A stretch of DNA of 32,000 nucleotides from Aeropyrum pernix K1 (GTDB lineage Archaea > Thermoproteota > Thermoprotei_A > Sulfolobales > Acidilobaceae): the NCBI RefSeq assembly GCF_000011125.1, contig NC_000854.2:480001-512000 (forward strand), written 5' to 3'. How positions within the stretch are numbered: the first letter of the stretch is position 1; every line of letters starts with the position of its first letter. The notes beneath the pieces were generated by a model that made no database searches, was not told the origin of the DNA, and saw nothing but the letters and a program-made list of their open reading frames with translations. The position numbers and the translations under genes are program-made. Below, one piece after another: positions 22,950 to 31,793 of the stretch.

Positions 22950-23668
22950 ACACGCCCCACCCCGTCCCATCCAAACACCCAAGGAGGGCGGGGGAGGCGT
23001 TGGCGGGGGCAGAAACACTAAGCTGTAACTTTCTGTATCTGACTGTATCTTTCTATACCGCGTAGAGCTATTAGATAGGCTGATGTTGAATGCCTATCTA
23101 AGCCATATCTCTTCGTTATGTAGCTCATATTGGGGAATCCCCAATAAAACTTATAAGGCTTTAAGTTTATAAACCTGACCCGGTGACCCCGGGGTTCCCG
23201 AGGGAAGCCCCCAGGGGCTTCCGTAGGCGGCCCCGGGGAGACCGTGATGAACCCAGCCGTGCCCGACACAACCTGCCATAATTTGTTACATGAAGGCACG
23301 GTTTGGGTGAACGGCTCCACCAGCCCACTCTCATACTGTCCTGGTGGGTTAAGCGTTCTCTATTGAGGAGTGGTCTGTGGCTAATAGCGTGGTGCTTTGC
23401 CTGTGGCCCGCGTTAGAGGTCAGGCCTATGGGCGGAGTACTCCGGAGGCTTGCACGGCCTCGACGGTTACTTCCACGCTTTTATCCTGTATTGAATGCGC
23501 GAGGCCCGGGGTGTTAGGCTTAGCTGCTCCTGTCCACTATTCGCGACGGGTCTGGCTTCAAGATAATGGTTTTCCAGAACCTGTAATAAAGTCGTTGGAG
23601 AGGGACGGGGTGCGAAGGGGAAACAGCAAGTAAAAGTTTCACAGGCTGGGCTGGAGGGCTATCGAGGG

Positions 23669-24637
23669 TTGGCTAGGATAGTTGTCGTTGGCGGTTTAGG
23701 CTATGTGGGCGTCAATATAGCCCCTGCGTTGGCGGATCTGGGCGAGCTGGTTGTTGTGTATAGGGGTGTAGTGGGGGGGTTTAGGCGTGTTATAGCGTCG
23801 AGGCTAGAGTCCCTGGGCGCCAGGCTTGTCAGGATAGACGCCCCCATGACGGCTGATGAGCTGGAGCGGCTTGGGGGCGATGTTTACATACATCTGGCTG
23901 GCAAGATCTCCGGGGGGTATAGGGTCCAGTGGGAGTCCCATGTCGGCCTCCTCGAGGCTATAGTGGAGGCTGCCGGGCGCATCGGCTCCAGAGTTGTGTA
24001 TACGAGCAGTGTACTGGCCTACGGTAGGCTCGAGGACCTCCCGCCCGGGTCTCTGGTCTATGAGGAGGACGAGCACCTATCTGGCAGGCGCTGGTGGAGG
24101 TCCTACCACGCCAGGACGAAGGCGGAGGGGGAGAGGCTGCTAGTCTCCAGCTCGCGGAGGCTTGGAGGGAGGTTCTCCATAGTCAGGCCTGGCCTTGTGG
24201 TGGGTTCCCACGCCTATCATAGGGAGTGGAGCATGCTCTTCAGGCTCTCGAGACTCGGCCTATACCCACGCCTCGACTACACCGTCAACTACGTCTCCTC
24301 CAAGGCCCTGAGGGAGGTTTATAGGAGGGCTGTCACAGGCGGTCTAGACGGGAAGTGGGTTCACGCAGTTTCCTACCACGCCCCCTACCGAGAGGCGGCC
24401 ATGCTGGTATGCACCCGCCTGAGGGGCGGTTTGTGTAGGGGGCTCCCGGTCAAACCCCTGTTCTCCCTGGCTGGCAGGCTTGCGCCACCATCTACAGCCC
24501 TATCGGCCTCGTGGGAGGGCGTCAGCAACGGCTACATATTCAAGTCGAGATACGGCGTCCCCGTCGACGGGAGCCTCGAGGAGGCTTTCAGCGAGCTTCT
24601 AGAGTGGCTAGCAGGCGGGGGCCCGAGCGCCTCCTAG
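23669..24637 (+). CDS. NAD-dependent epimerase/dehydratase (extended SDR) family protein
   Basis: The N-terminal IVVVGGLGYVGVNIAPAL is a GxxGxxG motif. YHARTKAEGE fits the YxxxK catalytic motif. TTG start. Confidence 0.8.
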   Translation: MARIVVVGGLGYVGVNIAPALADLGELVVVYRGVVGGFRRVIASRLESLGARLVRIDAPMTADELERLGGDVYIHLAGKISGGYRVQWESHVGLLEAIVEAAGRIGSRVVYTSSVLAYGRLEDLPPGSLVYEEDEHLSGRRWWRSYHARTKAEGERLLVSSSRRLGGRFSIVRPGLVVGSHAYHREWSMLFRLSRLGLYPRLDYTVNYVSSKALREVYRRAVTGGLDGKWVHAVSYHAPYREAAMLVCTRLRGGLCRGLPVKPLFSLAGRLAPPSTALSASWEGVSNGYIFKSRYGVPVDGSLEEAFSELLEWLAGGGPSAS

Positions 24638-25327
24638 GACGCGCTGTATTATCTCTAGGGTCCCCCGAGCCCCGGGACTCCTGGCAACTATCTTGGCAGC
24701 CCTCTTGGCCTGCTCCGCCGCATCGCCGGGGGCCCCCGAGTAGCCTGCCCTGGCCAGGACCTCCACATCGTTCTCCCCGTCGCCTATGGCGAGGACCTCG
24801 CTCCAGCCAGCCCCAATCCTGGCGAGGACCTCGCCAACACCGCGTGCCTTGCCTCCCCCGGGGGGCTGTATGTGTAGGGCGTAGCCGGACCATATCGCCC
24901 TATAGCCCTCCTCCTCAGCTATGGCTGAAGCCCTCTCAACAATCCCGGGGGCGGCCTTCACCGGTATAAGGCTGTACTCGTGGTACCTATACTCGTTCTG
25001 CCAGCTAGGCTTGAACCCAAGCTCCATGATCCTCTTCACCAGGCCTTCGGGGGGCCTGCCTGAGCATATGTGAACCCTCTCGCCGCCAACCACAGCCACG
25101 CAACCGTTCTCCGCCACAACAGGCCCCTCAAGGCCTAGATAGACGGCGACGCCCCTGGCTACTGGGAGGCTGTTGCCTGTCATCAGTATAGATGTGACTC
25201 CCAGGTCGTTGAGGAGTCTGGCCACGGCTATACTACACCCGTCCAGCCTGGCAGCGCCCCTCCTCTCCGTGAGGGTGCCGTCTATATCGAGAGCCGCCAC
25301 CCTAACGCTGCCAGCCAGCCCCTGCAT
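24608..25327 (-). CDS. HAD-superfamily hydrolase, archaeal phosphoglycolate phosphatase type
   Basis: HAD motifs I-IV are ALDIDGTLT, MTGNS and GDGENDVEVL. The ORF overlaps the epimerase gene convergently by 30 nt. Confidence 0.8.
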   Translation of the reverse strand: MQGLAGSVRVAALDIDGTLTERRGAARLDGCSIAVARLLNDLGVTSILMTGNSLPVARGVAVYLGLEGPVVAENGCVAVVGGERVHICSGRPPEGLVKRIMELGFKPSWQNEYRYHEYSLIPVKAAPGIVERASAIAEEEGYRAIWSGYALHIQPPGGGKARGVGEVLARIGAGWSEVLAIGDGENDVEVLARAGYSGAPGDAAEQAKRAAKIVARSPGARGTLEIIQRVLGGARAPAC

Positions 25328-25444
25328 AACACCGCACCCCAGGACACCAGTGTGTGTCTACACCGGGGGTATTAGAAGACTCTGCATCATTTGGGTTAAG
25401 CTATTTCCTCCCAGCCCTCACGAGGGAAGGGGGGTGGATATGCG

Positions 25445-26389
25445 TTGGCGGGCGGCTCGGAGAAGAGCGTGTTTTTGAAGTGGAGCTGGTTCCTCGAGTG
25501 GCTCACTCCCGATAGGGCCACGCTCAAGCATATTGAGGATGTCATTTTCCAGGGTAGGAGCAGGTTCCAGGAGATAGCTGTTGTGAGGGTGAGCGGCGAG
25601 GGCAAGGTCCTAGTGCTCGACGGTAAGACCCAGTCGAGCGAGTCGGACGAGTTCATGTATCACGAGGCGCTGGTGCACCCCGCCATGATTCTCCACGGCA
25701 GCCCGAGGAAGGTCCTCATACTCGGGGGCGGCGAGGGCGCTACACTGCGCGAGGTCCTCAAGCACAGGAGTGTGGAAAAGGCTGTTATGGTTGATATAGA
25801 TGAGACTGTGGTAAACGTTGCCAGGGAGCATCTACGCGAGTGGCATAGGGGCGCCTTCGACGATCCGAGGGCTGAGGTTGTCATAGACGACGCTTGGAAC
25901 TATGTCGCCAGCAAGGCCGAGACCGGGTTCGACGTGGTAATAGCAGACCTCGTAGACCCGCTTGAGGCGGGGCCGGCCACCAGGCTTTACTCGGAGGAGT
26001 ATTATAGGATGGTTAAGGATGTCATGAACCCCGGGGGTGTTTTCGTCACCCAGGCTGTGAGCATATCCCACCTGACGGAGTACCACGCAATAATAAGGAA
26101 CACCGTGGCCAGGGTATTCAAGCACGTGGAGAGCTACGGCGTCTACGTACCCAGCTTCGATAGCATGTGGGGCTTCGTCGTGGCGAGCGACGACAAGGAC
26201 CCCCGCATCCTCGGCGACAGGGGGTTCTTCGAGACAAGGCTCTCACACCAGCTGCAGGGAGCCGAGCTCAGGTTCCTCGACTACGCTTCCATGCTACACA
26301 TGCTCAACATACCGAAGATGTACAGGGAGGCTATAGCTAGGGAGAAGAGGTATGCGACTCTCGACAACCAGGTGTTCCTCCCCGCGTAG
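25445..26389 (+). CDS. speE: Polyamine aminopropyltransferase (spermidine synthase family)
   Basis: QEIAVVRVSGEGKVLVLDGKTQSSESDEFMYHEALVHP and VLILGGGEGATLREVLKH are canonical SpeE motifs. Confidence 0.9.
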   Translation: MAGGSEKSVFLKWSWFLEWLTPDRATLKHIEDVIFQGRSRFQEIAVVRVSGEGKVLVLDGKTQSSESDEFMYHEALVHPAMILHGSPRKVLILGGGEGATLREVLKHRSVEKAVMVDIDETVVNVAREHLREWHRGAFDDPRAEVVIDDAWNYVASKAETGFDVVIADLVDPLEAGPATRLYSEEYYRMVKDVMNPGGVFVTQAVSISHLTEYHAIIRNTVARVFKHVESYGVYVPSFDSMWGFVVASDDKDPRILGDRGFFETRLSHQLQGAELRFLDYASMLHMLNIPKMYREAIAREKRYATLDNQVFLPA

Positions 26390-26412
26390 CACGTGAAACA
26401 CGGGGGGGTTCC

Positions 26413-27420
26413 ATGGGGTTGGAGGACCTCTACCTATCATGGCCCAAATGGTTCTCGGAAGCCCTCGCCAGGTACAGCAGCCTGGAGGGGGCTCTAGAGG
26501 GGGTTGAAGAGATATACTACTGCGGCATGGGGGGTAGCGGGGCGGCCGGAGACTACATAGAGGCGCTGCTAAGCATCTACGCCCCCCAGGGGCCGGAGTT
26601 TAGGGTTGTCAAGGACTTCAGGCCCCCCCGGCCCCCGCGCCACAGGGGATACGGCCTGGTTTTGGCGAGCTACTCCGGGAACACCCTAGAGACGGTGGAG
26701 TGCGGGTCCCTCCTATCCCCCGCCGCTGGCAGGGTAGTAGCCGTAACCTCCGGGGGGCGCCTCCTCGAGATGGCCAAGGAGAGGGGCTGGCTGGTAGCCC
26801 GCCTCCCCGGCGGGATACTGCCCCGCGTCTCGTTTCCGTGGATGCTGGCTGCGTCTACGGCGATGCTGTCAGGGGCTCTGGGGGTAGACCTCGAGGCCCT
26901 CAAGCGGCTCGCCGGGGGGCTCGACACCCAGGGCCTCAAAGGCGAGGCTGAGAGGCTTGCAGGCTTCATATCGAGATACAGGATAGCAAGCCTCGTCACA
27001 TGCGGCCCGGGAATCCCGCTGGCTGTCAGGCTTAAGAACGAGCTGGCCGAGAACGCTAAGATGCCTTCGAGGCTCGAGATATACCCAGAGTCCAGCCACA
27101 ACGACATTGTCGCGCTGGAGGCCGCCGAGGGCCTCTACGGGGCTGTCTTCATATGGATCGAACACGAGGGCAGCCTGTGCCCGGCGGTGCTCGACGTTGT
27201 CGAAGGGATATACAGGGAGTACGGGGTAGACACCATCAGCATAGAATCCAGCGCGCGGGGAGGCCCCAACGCCACGGTGGCCGAATACCTTTCAAGAACC
27301 CTCGTCTTCGGGCTGGCGAGCGTGAGGCTCGCCCTAATGAGGGGCTTCAACCCCGAGGAGACGCCGCCTATAGATAAGTATAAGAGAAGGCTCGGGGAAG
27401 CGCTGCGCAGCCAAGCATGA
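26413..27420 (+). CDS. Bifunctional phosphoglucose/phosphomannose isomerase (SIS domain, crenarchaeal PGI/PMI family)
   Basis: YYCGMGGSGAAGDY and LASYSGNTLETV are SIS/PGI-PMI signatures, and the size fits. Confidence 0.85.
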   Translation: MGLEDLYLSWPKWFSEALARYSSLEGALEGVEEIYYCGMGGSGAAGDYIEALLSIYAPQGPEFRVVKDFRPPRPPRHRGYGLVLASYSGNTLETVECGSLLSPAAGRVVAVTSGGRLLEMAKERGWLVARLPGGILPRVSFPWMLAASTAMLSGALGVDLEALKRLAGGLDTQGLKGEAERLAGFISRYRIASLVTCGPGIPLAVRLKNELAENAKMPSRLEIYPESSHNDIVALEAAEGLYGAVFIWIEHEGSLCPAVLDVVEGIYREYGVDTISIESSARGGPNATVAEYLSRTLVFGLASVRLALMRGFNPEETPPIDKYKRRLGEALRSQA

Positions 27421-27484
27421 GGAGCACCCGGGGGTCCTGGAGGAGAAACCTTTACCTAATAACCATAACCCAATATGATAGTTT

Positions 27485-28675
27485 ATGGAGGAGTGGGCTG
27501 AGGCGGGGTTTACAGGCGGGTTGGCCAGCGCGGTATCTGGGCAGAGGCAGGTAGGCAGTGAGCTGGAGGAGAAGGCGGGTAGAGCGCTGGTTATCGTTGT
27601 CGACCTGGATGACGATGTCGGCGAGACCCTTGGGGAGAGCGTTATAGTCGGCTATGATAGGGTTCTCGAGGCTGCGGTGAGGTTCGCGATAGAGAGGCCC
27701 GACGACGCCGACGCCAACACCATGTTCGCAGGCCTCAGACTCTATAGGAAGCTTAAGGGCGAGTACGGTGATGTGGAGATTGCTGTCGTGGGTGGTAGCA
27801 GGAGGCTGGGTGTCGAGGCTCAGAGGAACCTCAGGGAGAGGGTTGCGAGTATAGTGTCGGAGATGGGGCCGGACGTCGACATCTATATAGTGGGCGACGG
27901 CGGTGAGGAGGCCCTGGCGAGCCATATACTTCGGGGTGTGGGTAGGGTTGCCGGTATAGAGAGCGTTATAGTATCGCAGCACCTGGGGATAGAGTCCAAC
28001 TACATGCTAATAGCAAAGTATCTCAGGAAAGCCGTCACAGACCCGCACTACTCCACCCTAGTCCTCGGCGTCCCCGGCCTTGTGATAAGCGTGGCTGCAC
28101 TCCTAATGCTGGCCGGCTTCTTCTCACTCGCCCTCAAAATCTCCCTCCTCATAGTAGGGCTGGCCATGGTGGTCTACGGTTTCAAGCTTGACGACACTGT
28201 GAGGACCTCCCTCCAGAGCTTCGTAGAGGAGCTGAGGGAGGCTCCACATATAAGGCTGGGCGGGCTTGCCGTTATGACCCTCCTCCTGCTCCTGGGGGTT
28301 TCTCTGACTTACATAAGCTATGTAAGCGAGGGCGCAACCTCGGCTATAGTCTCGCTTCTAACCTACACAATACCCCTCTCAATGGCGGGGGTGATGATGT
28401 ACATAATAATATCCCGCATAATAGTAGGTGCCACTGAGGGGAGGGTCGACCTCTCGAAGAACATAGCCATGCTAAGCATGCTAGGTTTCACTGCCCTAGC
28501 ATTCTACGACCTAGGCGCCTCCCTGAGGCTGGTGCTCGAGTCGGGCCAGCCGGTCATAGCTAATGTTATAGACGCCGTGGCCAGTTCCCGATTCATACAG
28601 TACATAATAGTCGGGACCGGGCTGGCCAGCCTGACGGAGCTCATATCCAGGGCCCTCAGGGAGGCTAGGGAGTAG
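27485..28675 (+). CDS. Archaeal membrane protein with a cytoplasmic N-domain (DUF373-like)
   Basis: The soluble N-domain contains LVIVVDLDDDVGE and DANTMFAGLRLYRKL, followed by ~6 TM helices. Confidence 0.7.
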   Translation: MEEWAEAGFTGGLASAVSGQRQVGSELEEKAGRALVIVVDLDDDVGETLGESVIVGYDRVLEAAVRFAIERPDDADANTMFAGLRLYRKLKGEYGDVEIAVVGGSRRLGVEAQRNLRERVASIVSEMGPDVDIYIVGDGGEEALASHILRGVGRVAGIESVIVSQHLGIESNYMLIAKYLRKAVTDPHYSTLVLGVPGLVISVAALLMLAGFFSLALKISLLIVGLAMVVYGFKLDDTVRTSLQSFVEELREAPHIRLGGLAVMTLLLLLGVSLTYISYVSEGATSAIVSLLTYTIPLSMAGVMMYIIISRIIVGATEGRVDLSKNIAMLSMLGFTALAFYDLGASLRLVLESGQPVIANVIDAVASSRFIQYIIVGTGLASLTELISRALREARE

Positions 28676-28747
28676 CCGCTTAAAGACCCTCCCGGTCGAA
28701 TACCGTCTAGGAGGGCTTACGGTCTCCTAAACCAGAGGTGTCTAAAG

Positions 28748-29086
28748 GTGGTTTTCCTCCGCGAGAAGGAGGGGCCCTCGGGGGGCTCCGGGAGGAGGAT
28801 AATCCTCTGGCCAGCCTACTTCGACTCGACGCTCCCCCGCAGGCTGGGCCGCCGCGTCCCCCGGGACATGGGGGTCCCCTCCCCGAAGCCTGAGGACGTA
28901 GCGGAGGCTGCGAGGAGAGCGGGGTTTGAGGCTGTTGTGGAGGAGTCAAGCTATCCCAGGCTGTGGTGGAGGGTGAGGAGGAGGATAGTAGTCCTGGCTC
29001 CCGAGGATGTAAGCAAGACGGATATAATAAAGGCGGTGGCTACGGAGCTCAGGAAGATAGCAGCAGCCAGGAGGAAGCGGAGCTAA
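28748..29086 (+). CDS. srp19: Signal recognition particle protein SRP19
   Basis: IILWPAYFDSTLPRRLGRRVPRDMGV matches the SRP19 signature (WP.Y.D...SR..GRRV). GTG start. Confidence 0.85.
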   Translation: MVFLREKEGPSGGSGRRIILWPAYFDSTLPRRLGRRVPRDMGVPSPKPEDVAEAARRAGFEAVVEESSYPRLWWRVRRRIVVLAPEDVSKTDIIKAVATELRKIAAARRKRS

Positions 29087-29237
29087 TATTGTGGTCGAGG
29101 GCGTCTGGAGTCCGCGGTAATCTCTTCACACAGGCTCAGGTGGGGGCAAGTGTCTTCATCCGCCCAGGGGAACATGCTTACACCCCGAAGGGTAAAACTA
29201 TTGGGCCTTAGAAGTGTAGGATGGGATTATAGGAAGT

Positions 29238-29291
29238 GTGATGATTTACTCCCGGACCGAGCAATGCTGTGAGGACTACTTACCCGGCTGA
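29238..29291 (+). ncRNA. Candidate C/D box sRNA (2'-O-methylation guide), 54 nt
   Basis: The layout is C box GUGAUGA (29238-44), 12-nt guide, D' CCGA (29257-60), 8-nt loop, C' GUGAGGA (29269-75), 12-nt guide and D box CUGA (29288-91). The spacing is exactly canonical for archaea, and the site is intergenic. Confidence 0.55.
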
Positions 29292-29316
29292 CAGTGCTTT
29301 GGGGGGTGTTTAGCGG

Positions 29317-29676
29317 TTGGACAACCCGGTCTGCGGCGAGGCCTGCGGTGCTGTGATGTCGATGCTCGAGAGTATGGGGTTCACCGTCTCAGTATCCAGA
29401 GAGAGCTATGCAACCCTCACGGGGGGTGTTGCCAGGAGGGATGTGGTTAGGGGTATTAGGACCTCGCCACAGCCCGCCAAGGTTTCAGTTTATCTAAGGG
29501 GGGACGGTTCGATTGGGAAGGTGCACATATTCGTCAGAGGCAGTCTAGGCGGCTCCCGTCTAGAGGCCCTGGAAGAAGCTGGAGCCTCGGTCGACGAGGT
29601 AGACGGGGACACTATAATAACCGTGAAGAAGCTGAGGCTCGAGGACCTCGGTGGTATACTTGCCATTGTGTTTTGA
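29317..29676 (+). CDS. Hypothetical protein, 119 aa (TTG start; Met14 is an alternative)
   Basis: The ORF has balanced composition. No family recognised. Confidence 0.45.
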   Translation: MDNPVCGEACGAVMSMLESMGFTVSVSRESYATLTGGVARRDVVRGIRTSPQPAKVSVYLRGDGSIGKVHIFVRGSLGGSRLEALEEAGASVDEVDGDTIITVKKLRLEDLGGILAIVF

Positions 29677-30844
29677 CGGAGTACTGGCCCCCCGGGGGGG
29701 CGAGGTCCTCCAGCGCAGCGGCCCCCTCATATACTCCACACCAGGCTCCGCCCCCCTTCTCATAGACCTTAGGGGGCCCAAGCCTCCATGCGGTGTTAAG
29801 CTCGTCTGCGGCCCCTACGTCTACGGCGAAGGACTCGCTGCAGAGTTCCTCGGAGACCCCCCGAGCTTCTTCAAAGGAGACTACAATACACTCGGGCCGC
29901 CCGAGGGCTTGGAGGACGCTGATGCTGGCCGCGGCGGCTTCGTCGAGAACGCAGTCTTCAACCCATTCTCCTGGAGGCCCGTAATGCCTATCCCAGCGTC
30001 GATGCCGGGCTGTGTGGAGACGGAGTTCGGCCCTTACAGCCCGCCGAACCTGGATCCGGCGTCATCCAGCGAGGCCGGATTGAAGTGTGCCCAACCGCGT
30101 GGAGGCGGTGGCGAAGGGTCTGTGGATGCTGGAGGAGCGGTCTTAACCCTAAACTGGGTGCGGAGGATCGGCGGCCTCACCGTAGGCGGGTCGGAAGGCT
30201 TCACCGCCGTAGCCTCCGGGGACGCGGCCCTAATAATACCACACGGCAGCAGCGTCTCAGTCACCCTCCGCACCCCCGCAGCTTCATACAGGGTGGGTAT
30301 GCTCTATGGCCTGGCTTTTGAGGAGCCTGTGCTGGGTGGTGAGTATTTCGGCAACCTCATTGTGCTATCGGGCCCGGGGCTGGAGGTTTCTATAGCCTCG
30401 CCAGCCGGGGCCAGAGTGAGCCTCGCCCCCGGTGTTGTTGAGGTTTACACTCGAGAGGCCTTCGCCCTCGTAGGGGAAGGCGTCTCTAGGGGGTTCAAGG
30501 CCCTGGTTGAACTGCTGTACAGCTACAGCTTGCTCGACAGGGCTCCGGCCAGGATAGGTAACTTCTACTCTGTAAAGAGCTTCGCCTACATAACCAGGGT
30601 TGACGGCCGTGCTATAGAGTTTAAGGCGGCCGCCCTCAAGGGGGCTGGAGGCGGCACGGTCTACCTAAACCCGCCGTTCAGGAGTAGGCTGGTGAAGGTT
30701 GAGACGCTCCTCGGCGAGACTGAGATGCCCGGGGGGCCCAGGGTAAGCGTACCGGTTGCAGAGTGCGGCTGCGCGAGGGCTAGGATACACGCTAGCGGGG
30801 GCTTGCTAATGAGAATGGTGGAAAGGAGAGGGCCCGGCCTATAG
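29651..30844 (+). CDS. Hypothetical protein, up to 397 aa (start uncertain; the first ATG is at codon 112)
   Basis: This is the only long ORF at the locus. The antisense open frame has no canonical start codon. The product is G/A/P/V-rich, with no family recognised. Confidence 0.5.
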   Translation: MVYLPLCFDGVLAPRGGEVLQRSGPLIYSTPGSAPLLIDLRGPKPPCGVKLVCGPYVYGEGLAAEFLGDPPSFFKGDYNTLGPPEGLEDADAGRGGFVENAVFNPFSWRPVMPIPASMPGCVETEFGPYSPPNLDPASSSEAGLKCAQPRGGGGEGSVDAGGAVLTLNWVRRIGGLTVGGSEGFTAVASGDAALIIPHGSSVSVTLRTPAASYRVGMLYGLAFEEPVLGGEYFGNLIVLSGPGLEVSIASPAGARVSLAPGVVEVYTREAFALVGEGVSRGFKALVELLYSYSLLDRAPARIGNFYSVKSFAYITRVDGRAIEFKAAALKGAGGGTVYLNPPFRSRLVKVETLLGETEMPGGPRVSVPVAECGCARARIHASGGLLMRMVERRGPGL

Positions 30845-31570
30845 CTCCTCCGCCTCTCCAGCCCTTATGGGCCCCTTGACGGTTAGCCTACCCTCCGCCG
30901 CGCTCTTCACGTAGTCCAGGAAGTCCTCCTCGTAGGGCACGCCGACGAAGACTAGGTAGCCGTTTATCGCAATGCTAGGCACGCTCATGACCCCGTACTT
31001 GTCAGCTATATCCGGGTTCTCGTAGGCCTCCACCGCCTCCGAGAGTATGACGGGATTGCCCTGCTTCCACGCCTCATACGCGAACATGTGGGCGAGGAGC
31101 ACTGCGTAGGGGCAGTAGGGGCAGCTCGGCGTGATTATAGTCTCTATGTGAACCCTCCCCTTCAGGCTTTTTAAAGCCTCCTTCGTAGCGTCCTCAAGCC
31201 CTGACTCATCCTCGCTGAGCCTCATTATCACCTCGACTAGAGCCCTGATCTCCTCGCCAGCCGGTATGCCCGTCCACCTGACTTCGCCCCCCAGGAAGGC
31301 TACTGTGGGCACCCTCTCAACCTTAAACTCTGAAAACTTGTCACTATCGCTCTCCCTGTAGTATACGTTAAGCTTAAGCAGTTTCCCCCCATTCCTTGTA
31401 GGAGACTCCTCCTCGAAGAGCTTCATGAGGCGTAGCGTGTCCTCGCAGGTCTCGCACCCGCTCTTAGACAGGAAAACATGAACCTCGACAGGGTTCACCA
31501 TCTCGGCAAGCGTCTCCCTAAGCTCTCGCCTAAAGTCTTCCGACAGGTCAAGCACGTAATACCTAGCCAT
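30839..31570 (-). CDS. Protein disulfide oxidoreductase with two thioredoxin folds (PDO / glutaredoxin-like)
   Basis: Two CxxC sites are present, CETC in the N-terminal half and CPYC in the C-terminal half. The ~240 aa size is typical of hyperthermophile PDOs. Confidence 0.9.
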   Translation of the reverse strand: MARYYVLDLSEDFRRELRETLAEMVNPVEVHVFLSKSGCETCEDTLRLMKLFEEESPTRNGGKLLKLNVYYRESDSDKFSEFKVERVPTVAFLGGEVRWTGIPAGEEIRALVEVIMRLSEDESGLEDATKEALKSLKGRVHIETIITPSCPYCPYAVLLAHMFAYEAWKQGNPVILSEAVEAYENPDIADKYGVMSVPSIAINGYLVFVGVPYEEDFLDYVKSAAEGRLTVKGPIRAGEAEEL

Positions 31571-31793
31571 CGCCCATCTTCCTCCTCATTCACGCTATAT
31601 ATCAAAGCCCTAATCAAGCCATCTTATACCTAAAGGACTTATCTTTTGATATAGTAAAAACGGGTCTACGATGGTGGGCTCTCCGACTGGGACACTAGGG
31701 GGGCCCGGTATATAGGCAAGGATTTATAATGACTCTACGCACTTTTCTTAAACATGGGTTAAAGAGCGGCTCTTCTAAGCGGGATGGTGGGTC

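Noticed and set aside
23244-23300. Second C/D box sRNA candidate: GUGAUGA, 12 nt, CCGA, 8 nt
   Set aside because: The first half mimics the sRNA layout, but no acceptable C' box and no CUGA D box follow at the required spacing.
23160-23640. Possibility that the structured noncoding region is RNase P RNA or SRP (7S) RNA
   Set aside because: I looked on both strands for the RNase P CR-I GAGGAAAGUCC and a CR-V-like ACA.AA..CGGCUUA, and for the SRP helix-8 CCGGAAGG(G/A)AGCA signature. None is present. Only loose resemblances occur (AGGCUUAG, CCCGAGGGAAGCC).
24511-24969. R/P/S-rich ORFs overlapping the 3' end of the HAD phosphatase gene (24511..24969 plus, 24588..24893 minus)
   Set aside because: Low-complexity GC-driven frames. 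The HAD frame carries all four HAD motifs.
29613-30061. A ~148-codon open antisense frame with a fairly protein-like translation (..CIVVSFEEARGVSEELCSESFAVDVGAADELNTAW..)
   Set aside because: I checked every codon after the upstream TGA and found no ATG, GTG or TTG. It is therefore treated as a shadow of the plus-strand ORF, although a non-canonical start cannot be excluded.
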